A stretch of 64,000 nucleotides of DNA from Octopus vulgaris (lineage: Eukaryota), in NCBI GenBank assembly GCA_951406725.2, contig OX597819.1, positions 81,778,001 through 81,842,000 on the forward strand, written 5' to 3'. The translations under genes and the position numbers were made by a program. Below the pieces are notes generated by a model that worked only from the letters and a program-made list of their open reading frames with translations, was not told where the DNA came from and searched no databases. Position 1 is the stretch's first letter; each line of letters begins with the position of its first letter. Shown piece after piece: positions 24,651-39,059 of this stretch.

Positions 24651-25105
24651 CCGGACGGACACAATGGTGCCAACCGTCATCTAACAGTTGAAAGCGAAAG
24701 AACCCCTGGTATTCGTTTCGACATTTCTCTGATGTTACACCTGTGATTTCGTCTGCGTTCAATGATGTAGAATAGATATTCTATTCGGGCATAAGTTGCG
24801 CTCTACCTTTCCTCACTTTAAAAATCTTTAAGTATTGGCATCACTTGACTTTTAACACATCTGTTATGCGTTGAATACTATAGCTGGCTGTAGCCGAAAA
24901 AGCAAAACACTTAATGAAAATTCCACGAAGGAGTCAAGACACGTGTCTATGTGGGTGGTAAGCTTTCTGAACACCTGCTACAAGAAGTGCTCATCGTTGC
25001 CACGTCTGTGCAAAATTGTGTAACTTCATAGCTGAACTGAAAAGCATCATTCATGATTAGGGAAACAATCAGCAATGACACTACTCGAAATTGAGTCCCA
25101 ACCAT

Positions 25106-25142
<37 letters not shown>

Positions 25143-25206
25143 GTCAATCAATCAATCAATCAATCGATCAATCAATCGATCAATCAATCAGTTAATCAAT
25201 CAATCA

Positions 25207-25293
<87 letters not shown>

Positions 25294-25494
25294 GATCGAT
25301 CGATCGATCTACACGTGTATGTGTGTGTGTGTGTGTGGTGTGGTTACATACATACAAATGCATTGCTTGTATGTATGTGCGTACATATATTTATGCATAT
25401 GCATGCATATGTATGCATATATATGCATATATACATATATATATATGTATGTATGTATGTATATATATATATAAATATGTATGTATAAGTATAC

Positions 25495-25537
<43 letters not shown>

Positions 25538-25706
25538 TGTATGTATGTATGTATATATGTATGTATATATGTATGTATGTATGCATACACATACATACAT
25601 ACGGTGCCCCACCATGCCCACAGCTTGTGAGCTGAAACTAGATAAAATAAAAAAAAAAAAAATATATATATGTATATATATATATATATATATATCTATA
25701 TATATA

Positions 25707-26605
25707 TTGGGTCATACCATAAATAATGCGGCTTTTTATACTTTTATTTTTTCAAAATTAAGATAAACAAAGTTTTGATCTAAAATATAAACTCCTTCAT
25801 TTTCTACAATGCTCTTCAAACTATCAGGTAGACTTGTAAGGCTCCTCTTCCAAAATTAGTCTCCGTAGCGAAAAATATTCCTCCAGCACTGGTCTGAATT
25901 CGTCTACAGAATTCATATTTTTTCCGCCCAAATGATTTTGAAGACTACAAAATAATTGATAATCAGATGGGGCAATGTCCGGCGAATATGGTGGGTGGGG
26001 CATCGTTTCCCATTTTTTGGAAGGCCATCCTTCCTGTACGTCGACGAACATTATCCTGATGGAAGAACACTTTTTGTCTTGAAACCAAAGATGTTCGTTT
26101 TTCTTCTAGCGCAGGTGTCGATGAATAATTGAATAACCAAATCCAAGCTCCTCTGCTAGTTCCTCAACAATTACGATGGTATTTTGTTCCACCAAGGTTT
26201 GAAGGACACCCTCCTCGAGCTTTACAAATCTTCGAGCACGAGGCTTGTCTTGTAGGCTGTAGTTTCCGGCTCGGAATTTCTGGAACCACCGTCGACACTG
26301 GCTTACGCTTATTATCCGATACCTATAAACTGCGTTAGTATTCCTCGCACTTTCCGTCGCGTTATGACCTTTATTGAACTCATAAGGCAAAATACGCCGA
26401 ATATACTCCTTTGCAACTTCCATTATAGCTTTGAAAAAATATCTGTTAAAATCGAACTGCACTCTTCAAAACTTGCACTAAGAATAAGGACAAGGTAAAA
26501 TTACTACTTGCTTTTATAGCAAGTCGATGCAAGTAGTTTATCCCGTTCCTCCGACTTTTAGTTCATGCAACTGAAAAAAACCGCATTATTTATGGGATGG
26601 CCCAA
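25707..26605 (-). mobile_element. Internally deleted mariner element
   Basis: TIRs ttgggtcataccataaataatgcgg / ccgcattatttatgggatggcccaa in TA context; HTH 'CRRWFQKFRAGNYSL' and 'HPPYSPDIAPSDY'. Confidence 0.9.
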
Positions 26606-27718
26606 TATATATCTATATCCGTATACAGATACATATATATAGATACAAATGCATATGCATGTGTGTATGTGTGTGTATATATATGTATATATATACACAT
26701 GAATAGATACATGCATGCATACATACATACATACATACATACATACATACATACATACATACACACATACACATATTATAAGCTTGTGTATGTGAGTGCC
26801 GGTGTGTGTGTATTGTTTCATGTTTACCAATTTCTTTAAAAGCGCCAATTTTGTCTTTCGTCCAAACTAATTAACCTCTGTCAGTTACATAATTCATAAC
26901 AACCAGCATAACAATCAACAAACATTGATATATTTACACTCGCGTTTTTGTTTCACCGACCAGTCTAAGTATGTATTGAATGAGTTAAAAAATTCTTTTA
27001 CCTCTTTTTCGCCATGAACAAGACTTTCTATTCTTCCTTGTATTAGTTTACTTTCAGATTTTCGAAATTTCCTATTACCTTTAAATTAGCTTTGTATCTT
27101 TAAGCTAGGCTAGCTCTGCTACAAGGTGTAAATTAGGTTGCATGTTTCTCTCTTGTCTAATAGGAGCAATTCATTAAATACAGTTCTGCTTGATATACAA
27201 GAAAATAGTATTTTGATGTGAAAAATATCGATTGATGATAAATAGAATATTCAAGTAGGCATTATCTATTTGCATCAAGTAATTACTTTCTTCAATGTTT
27301 CAGAGCAAATTTCATCACTTCGAAATAATGAAAACAAATTGAGACATTTCCATAGGCCAAGTAAAAAGAGAATATATCTCCCTCATGTATTTTAAGATGA
27401 TAATTTTCCCCACCATCACCTATTTTTTTTCTAGGTAATGTGAAGGTTTAAACAGGCTCAGACACGCAATATAGATACGCACAAAAACACGGTAAGATAT
27501 ATGCAGACGCACGGAAACACACACGTACACACGCAAAGGTAATACGTAGCCATACGTACACACACATTAAGCGTAATAAAGTCGAAAGCTGACAAAGCCA
27601 GTTATATTTTGATTTATTGTTCAATTTCCTCAAAAATATTTTCCTGATATAAATTTACTCCTTATAGTTACTATAAAATCCATGCATCAATCCTCCTGTC
27701 TGCACGTTTTTTCCAACC

Positions 27719-28400
<682 letters not shown>

Positions 28401-28834
28401 ACATCGATAACAATAGACACCCAACAACGCGCGCTTCGCAGCACACATCTCACCTCCTCTAAATATTCAGGTACTTTTCGTTGAGAGTGCTCAGTAAATC
28501 CTAAAACGAATTAAATCAATTAGAGAATGATAACAATGTCAATATGAATTAAATACATTGTAATGCAGGAATCCAGAATAAATATGCATTATCCTACATA
28601 AAGTAGGTAACATTTCCATTACTTCAAGTTTTTGCCGCATATCTATTGTTTTGAGTAACAGAAAAGTAGTTGCCAACTTAAAATTTACTCACACATTCAT
28701 ACATACATACATACATACATACATACATACATACATACATACATACATACATACATACATACACACACATACATACATACATACATAATACATACATACA
28801 TACATACATACATGTATGCATGCATACGTACACC

Positions 28835-28898
<64 letters not shown>

Positions 28899-29166
28899 CA
28901 TATTTAAGTAGGTGAATGAATTATCCTATGTTTATCGTCAGCATGGAAAATTGTTTACCATGTAGGCAATCATCGAAATTTTTGTTTGTCTTGTTGTCGA
29001 GAGAGGCTCCCTTTCTTTCCTGATGAGAAGATTGCATAATGCACCCTTTATTCCTTTGGAATGAAAACATGCTGTCTTCGAAACATATGTCGAGAGTAAA
29101 GGAATTTTGTTAACATCTTCGTTCGACTCCATTCTTTCATTTATTTATATACATACATACATACAT

Positions 29167-29237
<71 letters not shown>

Positions 29238-29489
29238 ATACACACACAAAGACGCATCTAACCCTCCTCCCCTCTCCTCTCTTCCTCTCACACCTGCTTC
29301 CTCCCACCCACTTCTCCTCTCTTGCTCCCAATCCTACTTCTTCTCTTCACTCCTACCCTCCTTCTCTCTTCTCTTCACTCCTACCCACCTTCTCCCTTCC
29401 CCCTCTCCCATCATTGTCACCCCTCCCTCGTAACCCCACCCCTACACAATCCAACTCCACCTTCCCTATCCATCATATCTCATCGGAGG

Positions 29490-29867
29490 GAAATGCAATC
29501 TTTCAGGATAATAATGCACTAATTCACACAGATAAAGTTGTTACTGAATGGCACGAGGGACATTCTGGTGAAGTTGAACATTTTATCTGGCCACCACAGT
29601 CCCCAGATCTCAGTATTATTGAACATTTATGGTGCATTTTAGAAAAACAAATAAGGAGTTGATATCCTCCACTATCACCACTACAAGAAATGGTGACTGT
29701 TTTAGCGGAAGAATGGACAAAAATTTCTTTGGAAACAATTAAAATTTTGTACGAGTCCAAACCTCGTAGAATTCAAGCTGTAATTACTGTCAAAGGCGGT
29801 CCTACCTCATATTAAAATAAATTTGTTTGTAATTTTAAGGTGTTTCCATTACTCTGTCCAGTCTCTG
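29490..29867 (+). mobile_element. Tc1 (DD34E) transposase C-terminal fragment with right TIR
   Basis: 'FQDNNALIH...WPPQSPDLSIIEHLW...KGGPTSY*', then ...gtccagtctctg|TA. Confidence 0.85.
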
Positions 29868-29877
29868 TATATATATA

Positions 29878-30626
29878 CGTGGTCTGATGAATAAGTATCC
29901 GGACTATTGCCATAATAACGAAGCTAAAGCATACAATGTAAAGCCACTTGGTACAGATTGACCTTGAACCTGCATAACATTTTGCCAAACGCATGGCGAT
30001 ACCTGCTCAGAGGCCGACGCAAATTTTGCAAAAATTTTCTTCGTTCTCAGAAATCTTGTGCAACTAAAACCCGAGTGTCTTTTGGTCAAATGAAAGCAGT
30101 TCTGGCACAAACTTGGCAGACAAGCATCTCATACCTAAATTTTCAGTGCTAACGGACTGAACTAAACCGTAATTAATCGCGCATCGTCTGATGACTCACG
30201 GATGGTGATTCAACGGTTTCTCCTTACAGCTGCACGCATATCTTCAGGTTTTTTTCTCAGTTCTGCTGGTTACGGGTCTCCCAAACGTTCGTCAATATCG
30301 ATATTTTTCGGCCATCTTGGAAACGTCTGAATTTCTCGTGCACTTGTGTGCGGCTTATACACTCCTCTCCATACATTTTCTACAACTTTGCGTAGGCCTC
30401 TCAGCAGGTATCGTCATGAAAACTTTCCGTTATTGTGAATGCGACGATCACACGCTACACACGTTTCTTGCATTGACTGCTGTAAATAGTGGAAGTGAGC
30501 TAGAACGTTAAATCTTAGTGCTCATGCACAACAGAGTTCAAGGTCAATCTGTACCATGTGGCTTCACTCTGCGTGCATTAGCTTCGTTACTATGGCAACA
30601 TTCCTGACACTTATTGATCACACATC

Positions 30627-30627
<1 letters not shown>
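29878..30627 (-). mobile_element. Non-autonomous mariner-like element with ~95-bp TIRs
   Basis: 29878-29972 is the diverged reverse complement of ~30533-30627 (...ggtacagattgaccttgaac); decayed internal sequence. Confidence 0.65.
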
Positions 30628-30698
<71 letters not shown>

Positions 30699-30741
30699 TA
30701 TAGATAAGAAAGTTGGTTTGTGAAAGCACGTGGTTGAATAT

Positions 30742-31730
30742 ATAGAAAATAGTAAAAAGTGAAAAAACTACAGAAGGCTTAAAGGTTAAAAAATATATAT
30801 ATTTGCGTCAATATGTCTGAAGAATATTAAAAATTTTTTTCCTTACAATGACATATTTTAGAAGAAGGACCGGTTTCGCGTTTAGCTTTTCAAATTTCTT
30901 ACGACGTTATGTTTATGTTGAATAGAGTAATCGTTATGTTTATGTTTAAAAGAGTTCTAAATAAGGGGAGGTAATGAGTGATTTCTTCCGGTGTAAGGGA
31001 GATAATCGCTTAAAATTTTTTTCCTTTCCCTTGTTGTGAATTTCTCTGTATCAGTATGTTGGCATAGTTAAGTCTGGGCTTGTACTTTTCAATGAAGAAT
31101 GTTTCCTTGTTTAGTCTAATTTGTGTTGATGATCCGATAGCACATTGGTAAAATGGAAAGATTAAAAATTGTGGTAGTAGTTGCTTTGCGCATTTCTCAA
31201 TGTGCTCACTGAAAGGTATCATTCTGTATTCTGGGAGTGGATCCCACGTAGTCTTGGTGGCAGCCCGAGCATTCTATGACATAAATTATGTTTTCAGAGG
31301 CACAAGTAAAGTTAGATTTGATCTTGAATTTCTGTCCCTCTTTAAAGAGGAATTCTGATCCTTCTAGCAGGTTTGGACATGTTGCACAGTTCGATCTACC
31401 ACATTTTTTTACTTTTGCATACAGAGAAATTCACAACAAGGGAAAGGAAAAAAATTTTAAGCGATTATCTCCCTTACACCGGAAGAAATCACTCATTACA
31501 TCCCCTTATTTAGAACTCTTTTAAACATAAACATAACGATTACTCTATTCAACATAAACATAACGTCGTAAGAAATTTGAAAAGCTAAACGCGAAACCGG
31601 TCTTTCTTCTAAACTATGTCATGGTAAGGAAAAATTTTTTTTAATATTCTTCAGACATATTGACGCAAATATATATATATTTTTAACCTTTAAGCCTTCT
31701 GTAGTTTTTTCACTTTTTACTATTTTCTAT
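30742..31730 (-). mobile_element. Penelope-like element fragment: GIY-YIG endonuclease remnant between inverted ~310-bp pseudo-LTRs
   Basis: Minus-strand 'KCGRSNCATCPNLLEG...FTCASENIIYVIECSGCHQDYVGST' and 'FSEHIEKC...RLNKETFFIEKYKPRLN'. Arms 30742-31051 and 31419-31730 are near-identical inverted copies. Confidence 0.85.
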
Positions 31731-31863
31731 ATATATATATATATATAGCCTGCTCGCCTAGCCAGCGGGGTGGCATCATTTGAAGGCTAAAACAATGCGA
31801 AGTGCATTGTAACCAGCGATGTGTAGCAACATCTGATAGTCTGGTCGGTCACGTGATCACGTG

Positions 31864-31902
<39 letters not shown>

Positions 31903-31950
31903 TTAATTATTACTATTATTATTATAAAAAAAAACTTTGGAAGCGTTTTA

Positions 31951-32142
31951 CAGACAAGAAAGTAAATTTCGAACGTAGTATAGCTGTGAAAACAGTAGAG
32001 AAATATTGGGTATTATTCCCGTATAAGATGTCTACTGGCAACTTTTGAGATTAAATACTTTTCTTATAAGAGTGAGCACTCAATATTTCTCTGCTGTTTT
32101 CACAGCTATACTGCGTGTGTTTAAGATTTACTTTCTTATCTA
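31951..32142. repeat. ~190-bp imperfect palindrome (MITE or inverted retroelement end)
   Basis: agacaagaaagtaaat...gtatagctgtgaaaacagtagagaaatattg pairs with caatatttctctgctgttttcacagctatac...atttactttcttatct. Confidence 0.7.
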
Positions 32143-32749
32143 CACACACACACACACAAATTTCAAAAGGACATACACAGCGAATATATTAGATCGATGC
32201 TCAGAGAAAGTATAAGTTTGAATAAAGAGGGCGTGTGACGTTTCGAGTATGGCTCTTCGTCAAAAAAGTGAAAATCTCTCTCCCACTCTATCTGTTTCTC
32301 TACCTACCTACCTACCTACCTACTTACCTACCTACATATATGTATATACCTATGCATATGTGTGTCTTTGTGTCTATGTTTTCCACCATCACTTGATAAC
32401 CGTTGTTGGTTTGTTTATGATCACTTAACTTAGAAAACCGGCAGTTCAAGTAACTGAAACATGTGAATGATACAAAGATAGTTATGAGCCTTTCAGTCAA
32501 AATGTATTAAAGAATACTCTGCAACAGCGTATAAGTTCATTAATTTATCCTCGCTTTCCGATGAAGCTACCGAAATTTACTTGAGCGCACACACGCACGA
32601 ACGCACATATTAACACGCACACGCACACCCTCTCTCCTCCTCTCTCTGATACACACACACACACACACCTTCTTTCTCCATCTCTCTGACACACACACAT
32701 CCTCTCTCCCCTTCTTTCAGACACAGACACACACACATACACACAAATA

Positions 32750-32833
<84 letters not shown>

Positions 32834-32959
32834 TAGACTTAATAAAGCTGAGAACTGTCGGAGTTAGTTGTAATTTGATTTATAGTTCAATTTCCTCAGA
32901 AATATTTTTCCTGAAATAAATTTACTTCCCACAGCTACTGATATATATATATATATATA

Positions 32960-32990
<31 letters not shown>

Positions 32991-32995
32991 GTGTG

Positions 32996-33061
<66 letters not shown>

Positions 33062-33287
33062 GTGTGTGTGTGTGTGTGTATGTATGTATATATATATATA
33101 TATATTTACATATATACACACACACACACACACACATATATATGTATATATGTATGTATGTATGCATGTATGTATGTATGTATGCATGTATGTATGTATG
33201 TATGTATGTATGTATGTATGTATGTATGTGTGTGTAACAGTAGAGTGTGAGTGTACCTCCTACCACACACACACATACATATATATT

Positions 33288-33487
33288 CTTTTATTCTTTT
33301 CAGTCATTTGACTGCGGCCATGCTGAAGCACCACTTTTAGTCGAGCAAAGGACTTATTCTTTGTAAGCCTAGTACTTATTCTATCGGACTCTTTTGCCGA
33401 ACCGCTAACGTTATGGAGACGTAAACACACCAGCATCGGTTGTCAAGCGATGTTGTGGGGAGAAACACAGACACACAAACATATACA

Positions 33488-33522
<35 letters not shown>

Positions 33523-33685
33523 GTGACAGGCTTCTTTCAGTTTCCGTCTACCAAATCCACTCACAAGGTTTTGGTTAGCCCGAGGCCATAGTAGAAGACG
33601 CTTGAGCAAGGTGCCACGCAGTGGGACTGAACCCGGAACCATGTAGTTGGTAAGCAAGTTACTTACCACACAGCCACTATATAGG
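33288..33685 (-). mobile_element. SINE family C, near full length
   Basis: Head gtggctgtgtggtaag...ggttccgggttcagtccc; tail catggccgcagtcaaatgactgaaa. Other copies: ~35357-35690, 40410-40540, 41380-41585, 42085-42535, 45370-45570, 46133-46555, 53745-53900, 60760-61095, 62380-62825. Confidence 0.85.
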
Positions 33686-33907
33686 TATGATTGGATGCGC
33701 TCGGTGCGTGATATTTTAGCCACGTAGATTTCGGTTCAAAAGTCAAACCCCTTTTACACTCACTATCGCTTGTACGCATAGGTTGTCCGTATCCGAACGG
33801 TGTTGCGACAGACTACGTGTCTGGCGCGTTTTAAACCTTGCTGTTTATGTCCTCCTAGTATAAACAGTGCTGATTTCTGAGAGTGACAGTTAAGTGAGTG
33901 AGAAAGA

Positions 33908-33949
<42 letters not shown>

Positions 33950-34118
33950 GGGGGAAACGGATCATAGTAGCGGAATTGTATTTTCATTTACCGAATCTGA
34001 AAGAATAAAAAGCAAAATTTGAACCCAGATTACTGGAACAAATACCGAAAATAAATTAAATCTAACGTCTTAACGAGCTTTCTGACACTTTGGCTTACGT
34101 GTTAAGTTTGTGAGAGTG

Positions 34119-34231
<113 letters not shown>

Positions 34232-34270
34232 CTCTCTATCTCTCTATCTATCTATCTATCTCTCTATCTC

Positions 34271-34324
<54 letters not shown>

Positions 34325-34739
34325 CATCCATGTATCTACCCACCCGTCTGTCTGAACCTACTTTACTGAGACAGCGTGTTTGTGGGTAGGTCAGTAAATA
34401 AATTTCTTTGCGTATATTTAATGAAACTACTTTTAGCCTCCATTGTATAAACAGATCCTGTGGGTAGGCCGAAGAAAACTAGTTTGTCTCGTCATTACCG
34501 GTTCACCAACCGATCTAAAAAGTAGTCCAGATGTATGTTTATTAAATATAACAACATAAATTTATTTATAAAGCCATCTATAAACATGCTGCGTTGGTAC
34601 TTTAGTTAATTAACTCGAAGAGTCAACGAATGTACAGGTATGAGAAGAAGCTAAAAGAGTGTCTATTGTTTTTTTGCATTTATTATAATTAGTTGTTGTA
34701 AGGCATGCGTGCGCGTGTGTGTATGTGTATGTGTGTGTA

Positions 34740-34787
<48 letters not shown>

Positions 34788-34791
<4 letters not shown>

Positions 34792-35353
34792 GTTGTCTGG
34801 AAAGTTAGTACCGATTTATAGTAGCTTGCCTTTCGACTTATTTTAGAACATGGCTGAGTCCATAAAAATAGAATTTGACTACACCTCCATTTAGAGCACA
34901 GCTCAAGCTATCTTTTCGTGGAAGAAGGTTTATGTTCCTATAACCTGTGTTAATTCTGTAACCCTTTAAAACGGAAGATAAGAAAGATCATTTTAGGTAC
35001 TTGATGCTTTGGGAACCAGAAAAAATTGCTGCAGCTCAGCTGGGATATGTTACCCCACCCTCCATATTCATCAGATATTGCTCCTTCGGATTTCCACTTA
35101 TTCAAGTCTCTGCAGAATAGTCTTAATGGTAAAAATTTCAATTCCTTGGATGACGTAAAAAGATACCTTGATGAATTCTTTGCCCTGAAACCCACTCAAT
35201 TCTGGGAAGTGGGTATTTTCAAGTTAAAGGAAAGATGGAGACGCATTGTGCAACAAAATGGTTCATATTTGGTTGATTAAAAATGTAATGGCAAGTATTT
35301 ATTGACCTTTTTCTTTCCTTTAAAAATCGGCACGAACTTTCCGGACAACCTAA
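34788..35353 (+). mobile_element. Internally deleted mariner element
   Basis: TIRs ttgggttgtctggaaagtt..ccgattt / aaatcggcacgaactttccggacaacctaa with TA flanks; 'LPHPPYSSDIAPSDFHLF...GSYLVD*'. Confidence 0.9.
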
Positions 35354-35689
35354 TATATTCTTTTATTCTTTTATTTGTTTCAGTCAGTTAATGGCGGTCA
35401 TGCTGGAGCACCGCCTTTAGTCGAATAAATCGACCCCAGAGTTTATTCTTTCTAAGCCTAGTACATATTATATCGGTATATTTGCCGAACCGCTAAGTTA
35501 TGGAGACGTAAACACACCAACATCGGTTTTCAAGCGATGTTGGGTGTATAAATACACACAAATACGCACGCGCACACAAACACTCTCATATATGTATTTT
35601 TATATATATATACGACGGGATTCTTTCAGTTTCCATTTGCCAAATGTACTCACGAGGCTTTGGTAGATGGAAACTGAAAAAAACCCGTC

Positions 35690-35732
<43 letters not shown>

Positions 35733-35736
<4 letters not shown>

Positions 35737-36480
35737 GATTGTCTATTCCTTATGCAGAGTCTGGCCACCTCTTGTACTTGAACCTTAGATCCATCATGGC
35801 AGCTGATGTTACTTTTTAACCCAGACAATATATTGGAAAGACACGCATATAGATTGCATATCCGATTTGGACCACCAAGAGCTGCAGTTAAGTTCTGATC
35901 TTTATGGATCTTAAAATGTCTTTTGAGGCCTCCGTTAGATTTGCAGACCTTATGGCATACATGGGATTGAAAGGTGTGCACAAATATATTGGCAGAATAG
36001 TTGGTGGAGGTTCGTTTTTCATGGGTTCGCAAATGTGATTTGAGCCCAGCAAAAGAAAGGCATGGTCTGTCGCAAACTATGCACAAAAAAGGTCATTGTG
36101 ATTCACCTTCTCGATCGTAACATTCTTCTTTAAATCTCTCTTGAGACTTGCATGCGTTATCCTGGCCTCTTCAAATGCTTTCACTCCACTCCACACTTTT
36201 GTTCGCCATCAAGCTCGATCCGTAGCAAAGGTTTTTGTGTCCTCTGGATCCATTCCAAGTGACTTCATGGTAGTCCTTATGCCGTTCAACCTCTTTTTAG
36301 GTTTACACCGATAGCGTTTCCTCTCTGCAAGCTCACCATAAAACAGCTGTTTGGGTGTGTGTTCATCCGCCATTGGAACAATATGGTCAGACCATCTCAT
36401 TTGGTTTTTCAAAAACCATTGGTTTAATTTAAGAGATGCCTGCAGATGCAAGGACATCTGTGTTTGGAGTAAAAGAACTC
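35733..36480 (-). mobile_element. RTE-clade LINE 3' fragment with C-terminal C2H2 zinc fingers
   Basis: 'QMRWSDHIVPMADEHTPKQLFYGEL..KR' (RTE C-terminus), then 'CIVCDRPCLSFAGLKSHLRTH', 'VCHKVCKSNGGLKRHFKIH' and a decayed third finger. Confidence 0.8.
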
Positions 36481-36498
36481 CATATATATATATATATT

Positions 36499-36551
<53 letters not shown>

Positions 36552-36616
36552 CTGCGTGTGCACCGTTGGCGATTTTTTCCTCCGTCTTCCCTTCTTTGGA
36601 TCTTTCCTTTTCCTAT

Positions 36617-36651
36617 GTTTCTGACGAAGAGCTCCGCTCGAAACGTTAAAC
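36617..36651 (+). ncRNA. Minimal type I hammerhead ribozyme motif in a ~190-bp pseudo-LTR-like repeat (36560-36750)
   Basis: GTTT-CTGACGA-A-GAGC(TCC)GCTC-GAAACGTT-AAAC: intact core, stems I and II pair. Confidence 0.7.
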
Positions 36652-36869
36652 CCTCCTTCCTTCCTTCTTTCAGCGTCCACTAACACTATACTTGTTCCAC
36701 GTCCTCGCGTTGTTGTGTTTTCTCTTTGTGTTTTCATGTTTGGATTAACTATATATATAAATATATATGTATGTGTGTGTGCGTGTATGTGTGTGTATGT
36801 ATTTATGTATGTATTATTGTGTTTGTATATATATATATATATAAACATGGTAAAAAGTACTCAATGCAT

Positions 36870-37200
36870 ATAATGTGTGTGAGAATCTGAAAGTTCTTGA
36901 CTTCTAAATCTATTTTAAACCTTTCTGATTTTTTCTTATGGCGTGAAAGTATGACAACAAAGTTCTTTATAACCATTTGTTTCACTGTCATTTGCAAAGG
37001 AGACATTAACTCGATAAATTAATGGTTTAGAAAGATATATATCCTTTAGAGGACATGTATTAGGGTGGGTATATTCACGCAGAGAGAAAACTGTTCTATT
37101 TATATTAGTTATAGAGACAACAAAGTTTTGGTGACTTTGCAACTCATCATAATGCTGTTTTTATTGACAATCTTATGATATATATGGTCTATGTGCTAAT
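36870..37200 (-). mobile_element. Decayed Penelope-like GIY-YIG fragment
   Basis: 'CPLKDIYLSKPLIYRVNV...NGY...HTF', then 'RHKK' in the next frame; resembles the CPL.G.C...IY...YIG..TFK.R..HK motif. Confidence 0.45.
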
Positions 37201-37378
37201 ACTAATTTATCAAGTTTAGAAAAAACCCTGGGAATGCTAGACGAATATAAAGCTGTATGATGGTTTATAATCTATAGTTTCTTATTTTTGGCATTTATAA
37301 GTATTAGTGTTGTATTCTATCGTTGAATAATGAGTGGGTAGATTAAAGGGTTCCTCACCGGGATAGTAATGAATACAT

Positions 37379-37534
37379 GAAAATGTAATGCGCTTTCTTA
37401 CGGATTTTTTTTTTCCTGCAATCAAGCAGATCTCGATGTAATGTTAGTTAACTATATCTCGAAATGTTTTCCAATATTTTTGCTCATTTATCCCGCTGCC
37501 TTCGGAAATGAAACATTTAAAGTCACAATTTGAG
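37379..37534 (+). repeat. 156-bp segment with a perfect inverted copy at 39486-39641
   Basis: Base-by-base reverse-complement identity, including the T10/A10 run. Confidence 0.9.
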
Positions 37535-37555
37535 TAGTTCCAAGTTATAACGGTA

Positions 37556-37591
<36 letters not shown>

Positions 37592-38335
37592 AAATCAAAT
37601 TGCGATAAAATAAAAATAATTATAATCGCTGGTATTACTAACACAAGCCATATATTTTTCATATATCAGTACATTAAGGCGAAATATGTGCTAGGAATAC
37701 AGAAGCTTGATAAATTAAGTGAAATGAAGATAAAAACATTTACTAAACCGGTAATTCTCAGACTGCAGTTTCTTTCTTTTCAGCAATAAAGATAATTTAT
37801 TTGCTCAGGGAGAATTCTTCAGTGAGACCCTGTTTTTCTGGGATCCTAACTCACTAGAAGCATGTGCGTCTAATGATTTACTCTCCCTAACTAATCAATA
37901 TATATATATATACATATGTGTGTGTGAGCATGCGTGCGCGTGTGTGTGTGCATGTGTGCGTTTGTGCGTGTGTGTGCGTGTGCGCACGTGTACATTCGTG
38001 CATGTGTGTGTGTGTGTGTATGTATAAATATATGTATACATACAGGCATACATATAGACATGCATATATATGAATAATTAAATAATATAAATATATATAT
38101 ATAAATACACATTTGAATATATATACGTATGTACCTTACACACATACACAGACACACACACATACACACACACACACGCACGCACACACACACACATACA
38201 CACACGTGTTCATACAGAGGGTGATGAACAAGATAATTGTGTCTATTATTCTGTTGGATGCGGGAAAAATAGAGTAACATCTCATTTCAAATAGATTGGG
38301 ACATATTTTATGCACAGATAAAGAAAGGGAGAGGA

Positions 38336-38409
<74 letters not shown>

Positions 38410-39059
38410 TGGCAAGAACTAGCTGTGGAATTGTTTAAGCATAATAGAAAGGAAACTTTCATGACAGGTTACCTTTTCGGTTTGCAGCTTTCGCTCCTAG
38501 CAACTGTATGCATATGAAGGTGATCTTGGGAGGAGTTTATTGTGTGCTTGCGTGTGTCGTGTGTGAAAGTATGTTGTGTGCGCGTGTGCGCATGTATGTA
38601 TTCAGCATAGAGCTGGAAGCAAACTGAAAATCAAAAAATTATCTCGACAGTTACTTGGGAGACGAGAAAGCTTACAGCGATACACATCTACATCATTTAC
38701 GTCTCGTACTTTCCTAATGGTTGTCATATAGTCAGTTGAGAGTTATAAGCGATTTCCTCCACATGTTGCAATTAATATTCTTTGTCTGTACAGCTACTGA
38801 GTAATTGTGAGAAAACCATTTTGCGTATTGAGCGATCGAGGTTGAGTTTGAAGTCTAGTTTTAGTGAGAGATGTGGAGAAGCATAGTCTGGCTTTTGGTA
38901 TCTGTCGTTCACTTAAATATCTCTAATTGTTCAGAGAGGAAGTATATTTACAACTAAAGACAGTATATAACTGGTGAAATTCAAACTGGTGAAACTCAAA
39001 CCAGTTCGCTCAGTCGAGTTTTTCAAAAGGATCGAAGACAATAACTGATTACTAATGAT

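Noticed and set aside
29888-29894. CTGATGA as a hammerhead core
   Set aside because: Lies in a mariner TIR with no stem II or GAAA.
35586-36086. Host C2H2 zinc-finger gene
   Set aside because: Contiguous with the RTE C-terminal fragment, degenerate, and reads into (TA)n.
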